From Paraburkholderia sp. (GTDB lineage Bacteria > Pseudomonadota > Gammaproteobacteria > Burkholderiales > Burkholderiaceae), in contig NZ_JAPWKB010000003.1 of the NCBI RefSeq assembly GCF_028283785.1, positions 111,211 to 175,210 of the forward strand: a DNA stretch of 64,000 bases. Reading direction: 5' to 3'. A program made the position numbers and the translations under genes. Shown piece after piece: positions 1 to 9,944 of this stretch. Under the pieces are notes generated by a model that saw nothing but the letters and a program-made list of their open reading frames with translations, searched no databases and was not told where the DNA came from. The number at the start of each line of letters is the position of its first letter. Position 1 is the first letter of the stretch.

Positions 1-165
1 GATTCGATGTCGAAAGATTCGATGGCCAAGGACACAATGTCGAAAGACAGCATGTCGAAGGACTCGATGAGCAAGGACGGTGGCAAGATGAAGCACGACA
101 CGATGAAAAAAGGCGCGACCGGCGCCGCGATGCAGCACGACGATGCCAACGGCATGAGCAAGTAG
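1..165 (+). CDS. C-terminal fragment of an MXKDX-type pentapeptide-repeat protein (5' end outside window)
   Basis: Frame 1 is open from base 1 to TAG at 163-165. Translation DSMSKDSMAKDTMSKDSMSKDSMSKDGGKMKHDTMKK... is a run of M-x-K-D-x units. Confidence 0.5.
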   Translation, partial: DSMSKDSMAKDTMSKDSMSKDSMSKDGGKMKHDTMKKGATGAAMQHDDANGMSK

Positions 166-267
166 ACGCGTTCGGCGCGCGCGTGAGGGCGGCCCTGCAT
201 CGCAGCACCCCGATGCCGGCCGACCCGCATCGTGCCCGACGGGCCACGCGACATACGGAGTTCGACG

Positions 268-906
268 ATGAATGCGATTCCCAAACCGGACACGCCGCAC
301 GCCAGTCCGCAGCCGCTGTCACGCACCATTCAGCCCGCGTGGGTGCGCATCTCGCACTGGCTCAACGCGCTCGCGGCCGTACTGATGATGCTGTCGGGCT
401 GGCGCATCTACGACGCGTCGCCGGTGTTTCACGGCTTCAGGTTTCCTCCCGGCATCACGCTGGGCGGATGGCTCGGCGGCGCACTGCAATGGCATTTCGC
501 GGCCATGTGGCTGCTGTTTTTCAACGCCCTCTTCTATCTGGCGATGAATCTGGTCACAGGCCGGATCGCGTCGAAATTCTTTCCGCTGTCGCCGCGTGCC
601 ATTGTTCACGATCTGGGCGAAGCGCTTAAAGGTCATCTGTCGCACGCGGACCCGAGCCGCTACAACGCGGTCCAGAAATTCGCGTATCTGTTCGTGATGC
701 TCGATATCGCCGTGCTGATCGTATCCGGCCTCGCGATCTGGAAGTCCGTGCAGTTTCCGCTGCTGCGCGAACTGATGGGCGGCTACGACTTCGCGCGCGT
801 CGTCCACTTCTGCGCAATGGCGTTGCTGGCCGGTTTTATCGTCGTGCATGTGACGATGGTTGCGCTCGTGCCGCGCTCGCTGCTCACGATGATTCGTGGA
901 CGCTAA
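268..906 (+). CDS. cytochrome b561/b-type membrane subunit, partner of the downstream molybdoenzyme
   Basis: ORF 232..906; the internal ATG at 268 (MNAIPKPD) is preferred. Four hydrophobic helices with conserved His residues (WVRISHWLNA, WHFAAMW, VVHFCAM, VVHVTMV). Lies 15 nt upstream of a Mo-oxidoreductase gene. Confidence 0.7.
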   Translation: MNAIPKPDTPHASPQPLSRTIQPAWVRISHWLNALAAVLMMLSGWRIYDASPVFHGFRFPPGITLGGWLGGALQWHFAAMWLLFFNALFYLAMNLVTGRIASKFFPLSPRAIVHDLGEALKGHLSHADPSRYNAVQKFAYLFVMLDIAVLIVSGLAIWKSVQFPLLRELMGGYDFARVVHFCAMALLAGFIVVHVTMVALVPRSLLTMIRGR

Positions 907-921
907 AGGGAGAATCCAGCT

Positions 922-1698
922 GTGAAGCCATCCAGACCTTCTCAATCGAACCTCGACCGGGCGTCGCTGGAAATAGATGTGCGTCGCGAACTCGATATGC
1001 CGTCGCGGCGGCTGTTCGGCAAACGCATCCTGACGCTCGGCGGACTCGCGATGCTGACCGGTTGCAGCCTGTCGGACGACAAATCGGTCGAAACCTTCCT
1101 GTCGCGCGTGTCGAGACTCAACGACAGTGTGCAAGGCTGGCTGTTCGATCCGAACCGCCTCGCGCCGACCTACACCGAAGCCGAGATCACGCGTCCTTTC
1201 CCGTTCAATGCGTTCTACGGCATCGACGATGTGCCGCACGTCGACGGCAACGATTTCCGGCTGCAGGTCAGCGGTCTCGTGCAGGACAAAAAGACGTGGA
1301 CGATCGCCGAACTCGACGCGCTGCCGAAGGCCGAACAGATCACGCGGCATATCTGCGTGGAAGGATGGAGCGCGATCGGCCGATGGGGCGGCACGCCGTT
1401 TTCGACGTTCCTGAAGCGCGTCGGTGCGGACACGTCGGCGAAATACATCGGTTTCAAATGCGCGGACGACTACTACGAAAGCATCGACATGCCGACCGCG
1501 CTGCATCCGCAAACCCTGCTGACCTTCACCTTCGACGGCGAGCGTTTGCCACCCCGTTACGGCTATCCGATGAAGCTCAGAATGCCGACCAAACTCGGTT
1601 ACAAGAATCCGAAGCACATCATGGAGATCTTCGTGACCAATACGTTTCCGGGCGGCTACTGGGTCGATCAGGGTTACAACTGGTTTGGCGGCTCCTGA
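922..1698 (+). CDS. molybdopterin-dependent oxidoreductase (sulfite-oxidase/YedY fold), exported
   Basis: 258-aa ORF with a Tat/lipoprotein-like leader (MPSRRLFGKRILTLGGLAMLTGCS; alternative start 997). Has the HICVEGWS Mo-cofactor cysteine motif and a PxxYGYPxKLRxP tail. Confidence 0.75.
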   Translation: MKPSRPSQSNLDRASLEIDVRRELDMPSRRLFGKRILTLGGLAMLTGCSLSDDKSVETFLSRVSRLNDSVQGWLFDPNRLAPTYTEAEITRPFPFNAFYGIDDVPHVDGNDFRLQVSGLVQDKKTWTIAELDALPKAEQITRHICVEGWSAIGRWGGTPFSTFLKRVGADTSAKYIGFKCADDYYESIDMPTALHPQTLLTFTFDGERLPPRYGYPMKLRMPTKLGYKNPKHIMEIFVTNTFPGGYWVDQGYNWFGGS

Positions 1699-1730
1699 GT
1701 TTTCACGCCACCGCAACCCGATCGTCTCGA

Positions 1731-1750
1731 CGTGACGTGACGTGACGTGA
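1731..1750. repeat. pentanucleotide microsatellite (CGTGA)x4 between convergent genes
   Basis: cgtgacgtgacgtgacgtga read directly at 1731-1750. Confidence 0.8.
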
Positions 1751-1757
1751 CGCGGCG

Positions 1758-2297
1758 CTACGGCCGCGCGCCCGCGAACGTGCTGAACGACGCGAGGCCG
1801 TCCGGCCAGTCGCCCAACCCGCTTGCCGCATTCAGATGCCCGCGCGCGCCGACGTCGTGCAGCTCGCTACCCCATGCGTCCGCGCAGTCGCGAGCGTGCG
1901 CCGCGCTGCCGTACGGGTCGTCCGTGCTCGCGACGATCACGCCCGGAAACGGCAGACGCCCGCGCGGCAACGGCGCGAAGCCGCTCGCCGCCGACGGGAA
2001 CGCCGGACCTTCCGGATCGGGCACCGCGACCAGCCATGCGCCGCGAACCGGCGTTGCGTGACGCGCGCCCCAGTGCGCCACCGCGAGGCATCCGAGGCTA
2101 TGCGCGACGATCACCGTGTCCGGGCCGCTGTCGCGCACCTGCCGGTCGATTGCCGCGACCCAGTCGTCGCAGACCACGCGATCCCAATCGTCCACGGCAA
2201 GCCGCTGCCATGTCGGATGCGTCGATTGCCACCGCGTTTGCCAGTGTGCCGGTCCCGAATTGCCAATGCCAGGTACGACCAGAACGGGAAAATCCAT
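1758..2297 (-). CDS. alpha/beta serine hydrolase (YdeN/RBBP9-like)
   Basis: ORF 1758..2378, with the start moved to MDFPVLVVPGIGNSG (2297). Nucleophile elbow AHSLGC; short ~180-aa single-domain hydrolase. Confidence 0.7.
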   Translation of the reverse strand: MDFPVLVVPGIGNSGPAHWQTRWQSTHPTWQRLAVDDWDRVVCDDWVAAIDRQVRDSGPDTVIVAHSLGCLAVAHWGARHATPVRGAWLVAVPDPEGPAFPSAASGFAPLPRGRLPFPGVIVASTDDPYGSAAHARDCADAWGSELHDVGARGHLNAASGLGDWPDGLASFSTFAGARP

Positions 2298-2431
2298 GTG
2301 CCAGTTTCTCCATCGGTAAATAGCGTGAATAGAGAACCAGTGTAAAAGCGCGCGATCTCTGGCACCATCGTGTGACAAATGAAATCACGGTCGATCACGA
2401 ATGAATCGACGGAATCTTCGGTCACACACAA

Positions 2432-2887
2432 ATGAATTCAATGCAGATCGCGTTAGACCGGTTGGACTGGCGAATTCTGGAGATGCTCCAGTCGAATGCG
2501 CGCATCACCAATACGGAACTCGGCAAGCAGATCGGACTGTCGCAACCGGCGGTGACGGCGCGCATCAAACGGCTCGAAGAGCAAGGCGTGATCGAAGGCT
2601 ACGCCGCGCGGATCAATCCGCGTCTGGCCGGGCGCGGGATTGCCGCATTTATCCGGATTCGCACGAGTCATGCGGAAATCGAGCGTTGCCTGAGCGCGTT
2701 CGCCGCGATGCCCGAGGTGCTGGAGGCGCACCGCATTACCGGCGACGATTGCTTCGTGGTGCGGGTGGTGGTCGAGGACATGTCGCAACTGGAAGCGGCA
2801 ATCGATGCCCTCGCGCGGTTCGGGCCGGTGACGACTTCGGTGGTGCTGGCGAGCTATCCGCCCAAGTCGATCCGGCAGTCGCTTTAG
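2432..2887 (+). CDS. Lrp/AsnC family transcriptional regulator
   Basis: 151 aa. N-terminal AsnC-type HTH (LDRLDWRILEMLQSNARITNTELGKQIGLSQPAVTARIKRLE) plus a C-terminal RAM domain. Confidence 0.9.
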   Translation: MNSMQIALDRLDWRILEMLQSNARITNTELGKQIGLSQPAVTARIKRLEEQGVIEGYAARINPRLAGRGIAAFIRIRTSHAEIERCLSAFAAMPEVLEAHRITGDDCFVVRVVVEDMSQLEAAIDALARFGPVTTSVVLASYPPKSIRQSL

Positions 2888-3366
2888 CCTGGTTCGCGCT
2901 GCACCTGCGCGTCGCAGCGGATCGGGAAATTGACCGAGTTCGCGATATAGCACTGCCGGTGCGCGTCGTGATGCAGCGACGCCGCGCGTTCGATGTCGTC
3001 GCCCGCGCGAATCGTCACGCGCGGTTTCAGCACGATTTCCTTGAAACGCCCCTGCTCCGGACTGTCCAGCATCGTGCCTTCGGCGTCGTCCACATAGGCG
3101 AGCACGGCAATGCCCGCATCCGAGCACAGATGCAGATACCACAGCTTGTGGCATGCCGACGCCGACGCCACCAGAAGATCTTCCGGATTCCAGCGCGCCG
3201 CGTCGCCGCGAAACGCCGGGTCGGATGAACCGGCAATCTCCGGCTTGGTTCCCGCGCGAATCGTGTGTTCGCGGCCGTAGTCGCGATACCCGGATGTGCC
3301 GGTCCCCTTGTTGCCGTCCCACTGCACGGTCACCCGATACTTGTGCTCACCGTAAGCCACGCCCAC
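2884..3366 (-). CDS. OsmC family peroxiredoxin-like protein
   Basis: 160 aa. The two OsmC cysteines are in typical context (ASASACHKLWYL ... HRQCYIANS). Converges with the Lrp gene with a 4-nt overlap. Confidence 0.85.
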   Translation of the reverse strand: MGVAYGEHKYRVTVQWDGNKGTGTSGYRDYGREHTIRAGTKPEIAGSSDPAFRGDAARWNPEDLLVASASACHKLWYLHLCSDAGIAVLAYVDDAEGTMLDSPEQGRFKEIVLKPRVTIRAGDDIERAASLHHDAHRQCYIANSVNFPIRCDAQVQREPG

Positions 3367-3424
3367 TCTCCTTGAAGTAATACGCCCCGATCCGGACTTC
3401 GCCCCGCCATTGTGACATTACCGC

Positions 3425-3504
3425 AATGCCGCTAAGCCGGAATGCCGCTAAGCCGGAATGCCGCTAAGCCGGAATGCCGCTAAGCCGGAATGCCGCTAAG
3501 CCGC
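3425..3504. repeat. 16-bp tandem repeat (AATGCCGCTAAGCCGG) x5, last copy degenerate
   Basis: Head-to-tail copies read directly in the intergenic region upstream of the FeeM-like gene. No spacers, so not a CRISPR array. Confidence 0.9.
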
Positions 3505-3749
3505 GTACATCGCGCAATTCGCCCCGCTTGCGGATTTCCCCAATGGCGCGCATTGGCTTTTATTCCACGCGATTGCCGCAGACATGCGAATCCGGCGGAA
3601 ATGATTGTCCATTAAATCATCGCATTACTTTAAATAACGTCGCCCCTTGGCTTCGTGAGAATCTAGCTTGTCGTGCTTTTGCTTTTGGCATTGCACATCC
3701 TCGCCATTGCGGGCACGACGCCATTTCCACAAACCAAAAGGGGTAAAAA

Positions 3750-4481
3750 ATGGACCGCGTTGATCCGGCCGTTCTGGCCGCAAGTATTCCCACGATCGCC
3801 ACTCAAAATTTCGGACCGTCCACATGGCAAGGTCAGCATGAACTTCAGAAGCGCGAAGGACTGCCGTTTACCATACGTATCGTCAGCGACGATGCCGGCT
3901 TGCAAAAGGCCGTGCAGATGCGTCAGGCTGCGTATCGTCGTCATCTGCCCGAGTTCGCGGAGACGATGACGGTCGAAGCCAACGATCGCGCGCCGGGCTT
4001 CGCCGTCCTGCTCGCGGAGTCGCGGCTCGACGGCGGCGCGTTGGGTACGATGCGCATCCAGACCAATGCGCACGCGCCGCTGGCGGTCGAGCAGTCGGTT
4101 CAGCTGCCGGACTGGCTCGCTTGCGGCAGTCTCGCGGAGGCGACCCGTCTGGGTGTCGCGGGCGGTACGATCGGACGGATGGTGAAGGTGGCGTTGTGCA
4201 AGGCGCTGTTCATGTATTGCGCCGCGCACCGGATCGACTGGATGGTGATTACGGCGCGTTCGCCGCTGGATCGCGAATACGAAGCCATGCTGTTTGGCGA
4301 TATCTTCGGCGAAAAAGAGTTCTTGCCGATGGCGCACGTGGGCGGCTTGCCGCATCGCGTGCTGGCCAAGCCGGTGATTGCGGCGCAGCGGCGTTGGGGC
4401 GAGGCGAACCATCCGCTATACCGGTTCGTATTCGAGACCTTCCATCCGGATATCGATGTTGTAAGCTCTCGTCTCGCCTGA
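3750..4481 (+). CDS. GNAT-fold N-acyltransferase resembling FeeM-type N-acyl amino acid synthases / exosortase-associated acyltransferases
   Basis: 243 aa with SD-like aaaagggg upstream. Layout is F-x-IR-x-A...Q-x-R...Y, then GT-x-R, then EA-x-RL-x-V, then a W-x-V-x-ARSP...Y core as in the FeeM/LuxI-like fold. Assignment is by recollection only. Confidence 0.5.
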   Translation: MDRVDPAVLAASIPTIATQNFGPSTWQGQHELQKREGLPFTIRIVSDDAGLQKAVQMRQAAYRRHLPEFAETMTVEANDRAPGFAVLLAESRLDGGALGTMRIQTNAHAPLAVEQSVQLPDWLACGSLAEATRLGVAGGTIGRMVKVALCKALFMYCAAHRIDWMVITARSPLDREYEAMLFGDIFGEKEFLPMAHVGGLPHRVLAKPVIAAQRRWGEANHPLYRFVFETFHPDIDVVSSRLA

Positions 4482-4689
4482 CGGTGCAAGCCGGATGCAA
4501 GCCGGTGCAATCAGACCGGGTAACAACGCAAGCAATTAAAGGTAATGAATTTAAATGCCTGGAAATAAAGGGCTGGTAAATTGACGGATGCCCGGATGTC
4601 CGGCCGCGAGGCCGGACTCCAGCACAGGTCGAACGGGGATAGCAACACCACGGCGCATCGGCGTATGGCCGGCACGCCAATCGAGGAAA

Positions 4690-7600
4690 ATGTCCAATAT
4701 GAAGTGGGTCAGGCTGTTTCCGCTATCGGGCGCCGCGTCCGTTGGTCGTTGCGTTGACTGGCTGCTCAGCCGCTTTGCGATCTACCTCGTGCCTGGCGCG
4801 ATCACGCTCGGCACGCTGGCCGTGCTGCTCTGGGCGCCGCCCGAGCTCGGCACCGCCGACTTCACCACGCTCGAATTCCGCGCGCTGCAGGATCGCCCCG
4901 GCACATTGCAACCCGACGACGCGCTGCGCGCGCTGCAAGCCGCCCCATCGCTGAAAAAATTCAGTACGCATCTGTCCGAAACGCCGGTCTGGTTCGTGTT
5001 CAACCCGCCCGCCGTCAGCGCAGGCACCACCACCTATATCGAGTTCCCCTCCCGGCACGCGCAGACGCTCGCCTGCTGGTCGCAGTCGCGCCATGAACTG
5101 CTCGGCAGCATCGACCGCGCGGTGCGCACCGACCGGGTTCGCGAGACCGGCATCCTGCGGCCGGTCAAGGCCGGCTTCGCGTTCGAACTCGACGCGCGCA
5201 CGGGCGGCGCGCCGCTGCTGTGCAAAGGCTCCTTCTCCGGTCCCGCGTACCTGACCGTCGTCGCCCGCGACGAGCGCAGCCTCCTGGTGTCCGCGCGCGA
5301 CTTCGAGCAGCGTGCGTCGCTGATTACCGGCGGCCTGTTCACGCTGGCGATCTTCGTGTTCGTCACCGCGCTGATCAACCGCGAATGGACCTATGTGATT
5401 TTCGCGGTCTGGCTGATCGGCAACTTGCGGCTGACCGCCAATTCGCTCGGCTTCGATACCGAATGGGTCGGCCGTCTGGTGCCGCCCGACCATCTCGCGC
5501 TGATCCGTCAGCTGACCTTCGCGTCTTACTATCTGGTCACGGTCACGCTGTTCCAGCAACTGTTTCGCCGCGAACTGAAAGTCGTGAAAGTGGGCTGGGT
5601 CGTGCGCGGCGTGCAGGCGGGCGGCTGTCTGCTGATGATCGTCGCGCTGACCGCGTCGTACGAACACTTCATTCCGGTGCTGTGGGGCGTCAGCAGTTTC
5701 GGCATGCTCGCGCTGATCTTCCTGCTGGTTCAACTGGTCACGAAGGCGCGCTCGCGGACCGTGCTGTGGTACGTGTCGTCGATGGCGGTGGTGCTGTTCT
5801 CGATTCTCTCCGAAGTGATTTCCGCGGCGTTCGGCATCCGGATGCTGTTCGGCGGCGTCAATCCGGTCGTCACGGCGCTGCTGTCCAGCATGATGGCGGC
5901 GTTCGCGATCGCCGAGCAGATGCGCGCGGAGCGCGAGCGTCGGCGGCGCATGCAGATCGCATTACGAAATACCTACGACGTCACGCCGATCGGCCTGTTC
6001 ACGCTCGACAGCGACGGTCACCTGGTCCGCGCGAACCCGGCCTTGCACGCGATGCTCGGCCTGAACGGCGCCGATCCGCAACGGCGCCACTGGCGCGATT
6101 TCTTCGGCGACGACGCATGGGACGCGTTGCATCGCCTCGCCGATCAGGAAAGCCCGGCGTCGATCGAAATCGAGAGCCGGCGCGACGACGGCAGCGCATC
6201 GCGCCGTTATTCGCTGAAAGCGCGCCGATCGTACGGCACGCACGGCACGATCGAAGGATCGCTCGAAGACGTGACCGACCGCTCGCGCGCAATCGACCGG
6301 CTGCATTTCCTCGTCGATCACGATCCGCTGACCGGCTCGCTGAACCGTCGCGGCATCGAAAAGGCGATCAACCGGCTGCGCGCCGAAAACCGCTCGTGGG
6401 CGCTCGCGTATATCGACCTCGACCGCTTCAAGCTGATCAACGATCTGTTCGGCCACGCGGCCGGCGACGACGTGCTGAAGCTGGTCGCGAACCGGCTCGC
6501 GCTGAAACTCGACGCGCGCTATCCGGTTGGACGGATCGGCGGCGACGAGTTCGTCTGCGTGTTCGAAGATGTGTCGATCGGACAGGCCACCGCGCAGTGC
6601 CGCGATCTGGTCGCCGCGTTGAGTGCGACGCCCTACCAGGTCGGCATGCGCTCGTTCCAGGTGAAGGCGTCGATCGGTCTGGTCGAATGCACGCCGCGCG
6701 ACGAAGTGCACGCCGCGCGACGAAGTGCTCGACGCGCTCGCGCACGCCGACCGCGCGTGCCGCGAAGCCAAACGGACCGCGCACGGGCATCTGGTCACCT
6801 ACGCGCGCGGCGCGCCCGCGTTCGAGGAACGCGCGCGCGAGATCGGTCTGGTCGAAAGTCTCGGTCAGCATCGGCTGCCCGACGGCCTGTTCCTCGTGAT
6901 GCAACCGATCATGTCGATGACCGACCCGCACGGCTCGCTCGACTTCGAAGTGCTGTTGCGCCTGCGCAAACCCGACGGCTCGGTCACGCCCGCCGGTCCG
7001 CTGATCGCGGCCGCCGAAAGCTCCGGCAATACCGCGTCGATCGATCGCTGGGTGCTGTCCACGGTGCTCGAATGGATCACGACCCACCGCGAGCGGCTCG
7101 ACCATACGCGCTTTGTCTGCGTCAACCTGAGCGGCGGTTCGTTGAACGACGAGCAGTTCATGGAAGAGATTTTCGGGCTGCTCGAACGGTATCGGGCGGT
7201 GGCGCGCTACCTGTGCCTCGAAATCACCGAAAGCGTCGCGCTGCACGATCTGGAAAACACCCAGCGCTTTATCGCGCGCGCGCACGAGATGGGCGCACGC
7301 ATCGCGCTCGACGATTTCGGTGCCGGTCAAACCTCGTTCAAGTATCTGAAAGAGCTGTCCGCCGACGCGTTGAAGATCGACGGCGCGTTCGTGCGCACGA
7401 TGTGCCAGCATCCAGCCGACACCGCGATCGTCGAGGCGATCGTTGCGCTCGCACGCAATCTCGGCATGCGCAGCGTCGCGGAATGGGTCGAGGATGTCGA
7501 CACCCTGCGCGCGCTGAAGGACATCGGCGTCGATTACGTACAGGGCTTCGTGATCGGCAAGCCGCAGGAAAGCGAGGCGCTGCTTGCCGCGCAATCGGCG

Positions 7601-7696
7601 GCGAGCTTTATCGAACGCGCCGAAGTGCGGGAATTCGTCGATACCGAATGCAAGGCACCACGCCCGCTTTCAATCGAATCCGGCGTGCCGGGTTAA
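4690..7696 (+). pseudogene. 7TMR-DISM-type membrane sensor-PAS-GGDEF-EAL c-di-GMP enzyme, frameshifted by a 19-bp tandem duplication
   Basis: Frame 1 (ATG 4690, SD gagga) encodes a periplasmic domain, 7 TM helices, PAS and GGDEF (RIGGDEFVCVF). After 6709 the sensible continuation (LDALAHADRACREAKR ... EAL: CLEITES, DDFGAGQTSF) is in frame 2, ending at 7696. Frame 1 past the repeat is Arg/Ala-rich nonsense. Confidence 0.8.
6691..6728. repeat. perfect direct tandem duplication, 2 x 19 bp (ACGCCGCGCGACGAAGTGC)
   Basis: Bases 6691-6709 are identical to 6710-6728. 19 is not a multiple of 3, giving a +1 frame change exactly at the GGDEF/EAL linker. Confidence 0.95.
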
Positions 7697-7906
7697 CCGT
7701 AAAAAGCGCGCTGAAGCGACATTGAAAAAGACGGCTAACGGACCATTATCGTGACTCCGTTATCCGGCGCACGCACGAGATTGCGTGTTGTGCCCGGTAG
7801 CCAATACCCACTTAACGCATAACGCCAACAGAATACGGTGTGCGTCCCGTTCAGGGATGCATGCGCGGCTGCCGCAAGCAGCCATTCCTTTTTCAAGGAA
7901 AATCGT

Positions 7907-8407
7907 ATGTTGATGCGTGATGCTATCCCCAATGTCCTGTCCCGCAGCCCGGCCATGTCTGTTTCCGGCGAGCCGTTGACGATGCTGTCCCCGAAGACAT
8001 TTCATCACTCGTTCGATATTTATCTGAAAGACTCGAACGCGTTTATGAACACGTACTTCTCGCGTTATTTCGAATGGCAAGGCGTGTGCCGTGAGCGCTG
8101 GTTCCATGAGTGCATTCACAACGATCTGCTCGGCTCCGACGGTATGTTCGTGACCAAGCGTGCGCACCAGGAATACGTGCATGAAACCTTTCCGTTCCAG
8201 CGCGTGGATTGCTATCTGAATACGGTGCAGGTCCGACAGTGTTCGGCGTATCTGCTGTTCCGTTTCTACGTGGACGGACGCCAGGTTTCGCAGGGGTATC
8301 AGCAGATCCTGTTTGCAGGCCGCGACCGGAAAATCCGCCGTTTTCCGGAAGGCATCATCGACCGTGTGAAGGAATATGAATTGCCGGTATCGGCGCTGAC
8401 GATCTGA
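7907..8407 (+). CDS. hotdog-fold acyl-CoA thioesterase-like protein
   Basis: ORF 7838..8407; ATG 7907 is preceded by aagga. Size and the pattern (NTYFSRYFEWQGVCRERWF ... HQEYVHE) resemble 4HBT-type thioesterases. Confidence 0.5.
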   Translation: MLMRDAIPNVLSRSPAMSVSGEPLTMLSPKTFHHSFDIYLKDSNAFMNTYFSRYFEWQGVCRERWFHECIHNDLLGSDGMFVTKRAHQEYVHETFPFQRVDCYLNTVQVRQCSAYLLFRFYVDGRQVSQGYQQILFAGRDRKIRRFPEGIIDRVKEYELPVSALTI

Positions 8408-8423
8408 CCATGACCGTTATCGC

Positions 8424-9944
8424 CTAGCCTTCACCACCACCCCGACGCTGGGAACGCTCTTGCGGGTTCCGTACCGCCCGGTCCGCTGGCGAACCTGGCG
8501 TCGGCAGGCGCACGATAAACGTCGTGTGGACGCCGCGCGCCGACGTGCATTCGATGCTGCCGCCCAGCATTTCCGTGGCCCGCCGGCAGAACGCGAGGCC
8601 CATGCCCGCGCCGCTGCCGTGGCGCTTGGTCGAAAAGAACGGATCGAAGATATGCGGCAATACGTCGGGCGTGATGCCCGGGCCCGTGTCGTGAAACCGC
8701 AGTACGCAGAAGTCGCGCTCCTGCGACGCGCTGATCGAAATCTGCCCGTCGCCGCCGACGCGAATCGCATGCAACGCATTTTTCAGCAGGTTGAACAGCA
8801 CGAACACCACCAGCGTATCCGAGCCGGAAAAGCTGAGCGCCGGGTCGATCGGCGCGACGTCGATACGCGCGCGTTCGTCGCTGCGAAACGGATAGCGTTC
8901 GAGCGCCGAGCTGACGCACGGCTGCACGGCATACGTGCTGAAGCGGCTGCGATCGAGTCGGTCGAGCGTGAACGACGCCAGCGCCATCTCGATCACCGCG
9001 CTGGTACCCGACACTTCGCGTCGGATCGCCGTCGCCAGCTGGCTGATGCGCTCGGACTGGCCGGAATGCGAATGGTCGTCGTACAGGCCGTGCGCGACCG
9101 CCAGCCGGTAACCCTTGAAGACGTCGCCCCACACCGTGGCGATCTCGTCCGCGTGCATCGCAATGGTGGCGAGCGGCGTGGCGACTTCGTGCGCAATGCT
9201 CGCGGCCAGCGCATACGGATGAATCAGGTGATAGCGCACGATCGTGATGGCCAGCAGCCCCAGACTCAGCGCGATAAACAGCACGCCCGGCGGATAAAAC
9301 GAAAAGCCGTAGTTGACCGCGTAATCGACGGCGGCGAACGAGTACAGGCCGAGGCTCGCCACGCACAGATCGAGTCGCCGCCGCGCTTCGCCGCCCGCTT
9401 TCCGGCGCGCGTCGAGCAGCAGATAGCCGCTGCGCGCCGCCAGCAACACCGTCTGCACGACGTGCAACGGATGCAGATGCCCGGCCAGCGGATAGAAGCC
9501 GAAGAAATAGCGCCGGTAACCCGCGATCACCTCAGTGCCCGGCAGCAGCACCGCCAGCAGAAAACACAGCCCGTACGATGCCAGCAGCCACGGTCGCTCG
9601 CGCCGCCGCGCCGAGACTTCGGTGACGAAGTGATAGAACGTGGTCGGCAGAAACAGAATGAACAGATAGCCGAGCCGCACCAGCCAGCCCGCCATCTGCG
9701 GATCGTCGGTCTGGAACAGCAGGGTCCAGGTCGCCTGCCACGCGAAGGTGGTCGCGCACATCAGCAGGAACGGCACCGACAGCCGCGTCAGTCCTTGCGT
9801 GATCAGCACATAAAGGCCGAACACGATGAACATCGCGGACACGAAGGCCGTCGGGATGGCGTACATATGACTCAGCGCGTCGAACACGGCAATCCAGCGA
9901 TCATGCAGACGCCCGTGGCTTCTGGTCTTTGCGCCAGTCGGCAA
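8424..9944 (-). CDS. sensor histidine kinase with a multi-pass (6-7 TM) N-terminal sensor
   Basis: H-box SIAHEVATPLATI, N-box LFNLLKNALHA, G-boxes DTGPGI and GSGAGMGLAFC. The N-terminal ~240 aa are almost entirely hydrophobic helices. Alternative start at 9866 (MYAIPT). Confidence 0.8.
   Translation of the reverse strand: MPTGAKTRSHGRLHDRWIAVFDALSHMYAIPTAFVSAMFIVFGLYVLITQGLTRLSVPFLLMCATTFAWQATWTLLFQTDDPQMAGWLVRLGYLFILFLPTTFYHFVTEVSARRRERPWLLASYGLCFLLAVLLPGTEVIAGYRRYFFGFYPLAGHLHPLHVVQTVLLAARSGYLLLDARRKAGGEARRRLDLCVASLGLYSFAAVDYAVNYGFSFYPPGVLFIALSLGLLAITIVRYHLIHPYALAASIAHEVATPLATIAMHADEIATVWGDVFKGYRLAVAHGLYDDHSHSGQSERISQLATAIRREVSGTSAVIEMALASFTLDRLDRSRFSTYAVQPCVSSALERYPFRSDERARIDVAPIDPALSFSGSDTLVVFVLFNLLKNALHAIRVGGDGQISISASQERDFCVLRFHDTGPGITPDVLPHIFDPFFSTKRHGSGAGMGLAFCRRATEMLGGSIECTSARGVHTTFIVRLPTPGSPADRAVRNPQERSQRRGGGEG

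Noticed and set aside
319-1716. 465-aa minus-strand ORF, and many similar long antisense ORFs (e.g. 13380..14870 -, 20364..21560 -, 25371..26486 +, 28364..29944 +, 30397..33060 +, 12199..12966 -)
   Set aside because: They lie opposite genes with clear family motifs. Their Arg/Ala/Gly/His-rich composition is typical of shadow frames in high-GC DNA, and they have no motifs.
3425-3504. Possible CRISPR array
   Set aside because: The 16-bp units are contiguous with no spacers, and no cas genes are nearby. It is a simple tandem repeat.
4588-7725. Single 1045-aa ORF spanning the whole c-di-GMP gene
   Set aside because: The last ~330 residues in that frame are Arg/Ala-rich nonsense, while a clean EAL domain sits in the +1 frame. 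The switch coincides with the 19-bp duplication, so the long ORF is a GC-rich read-through artefact.
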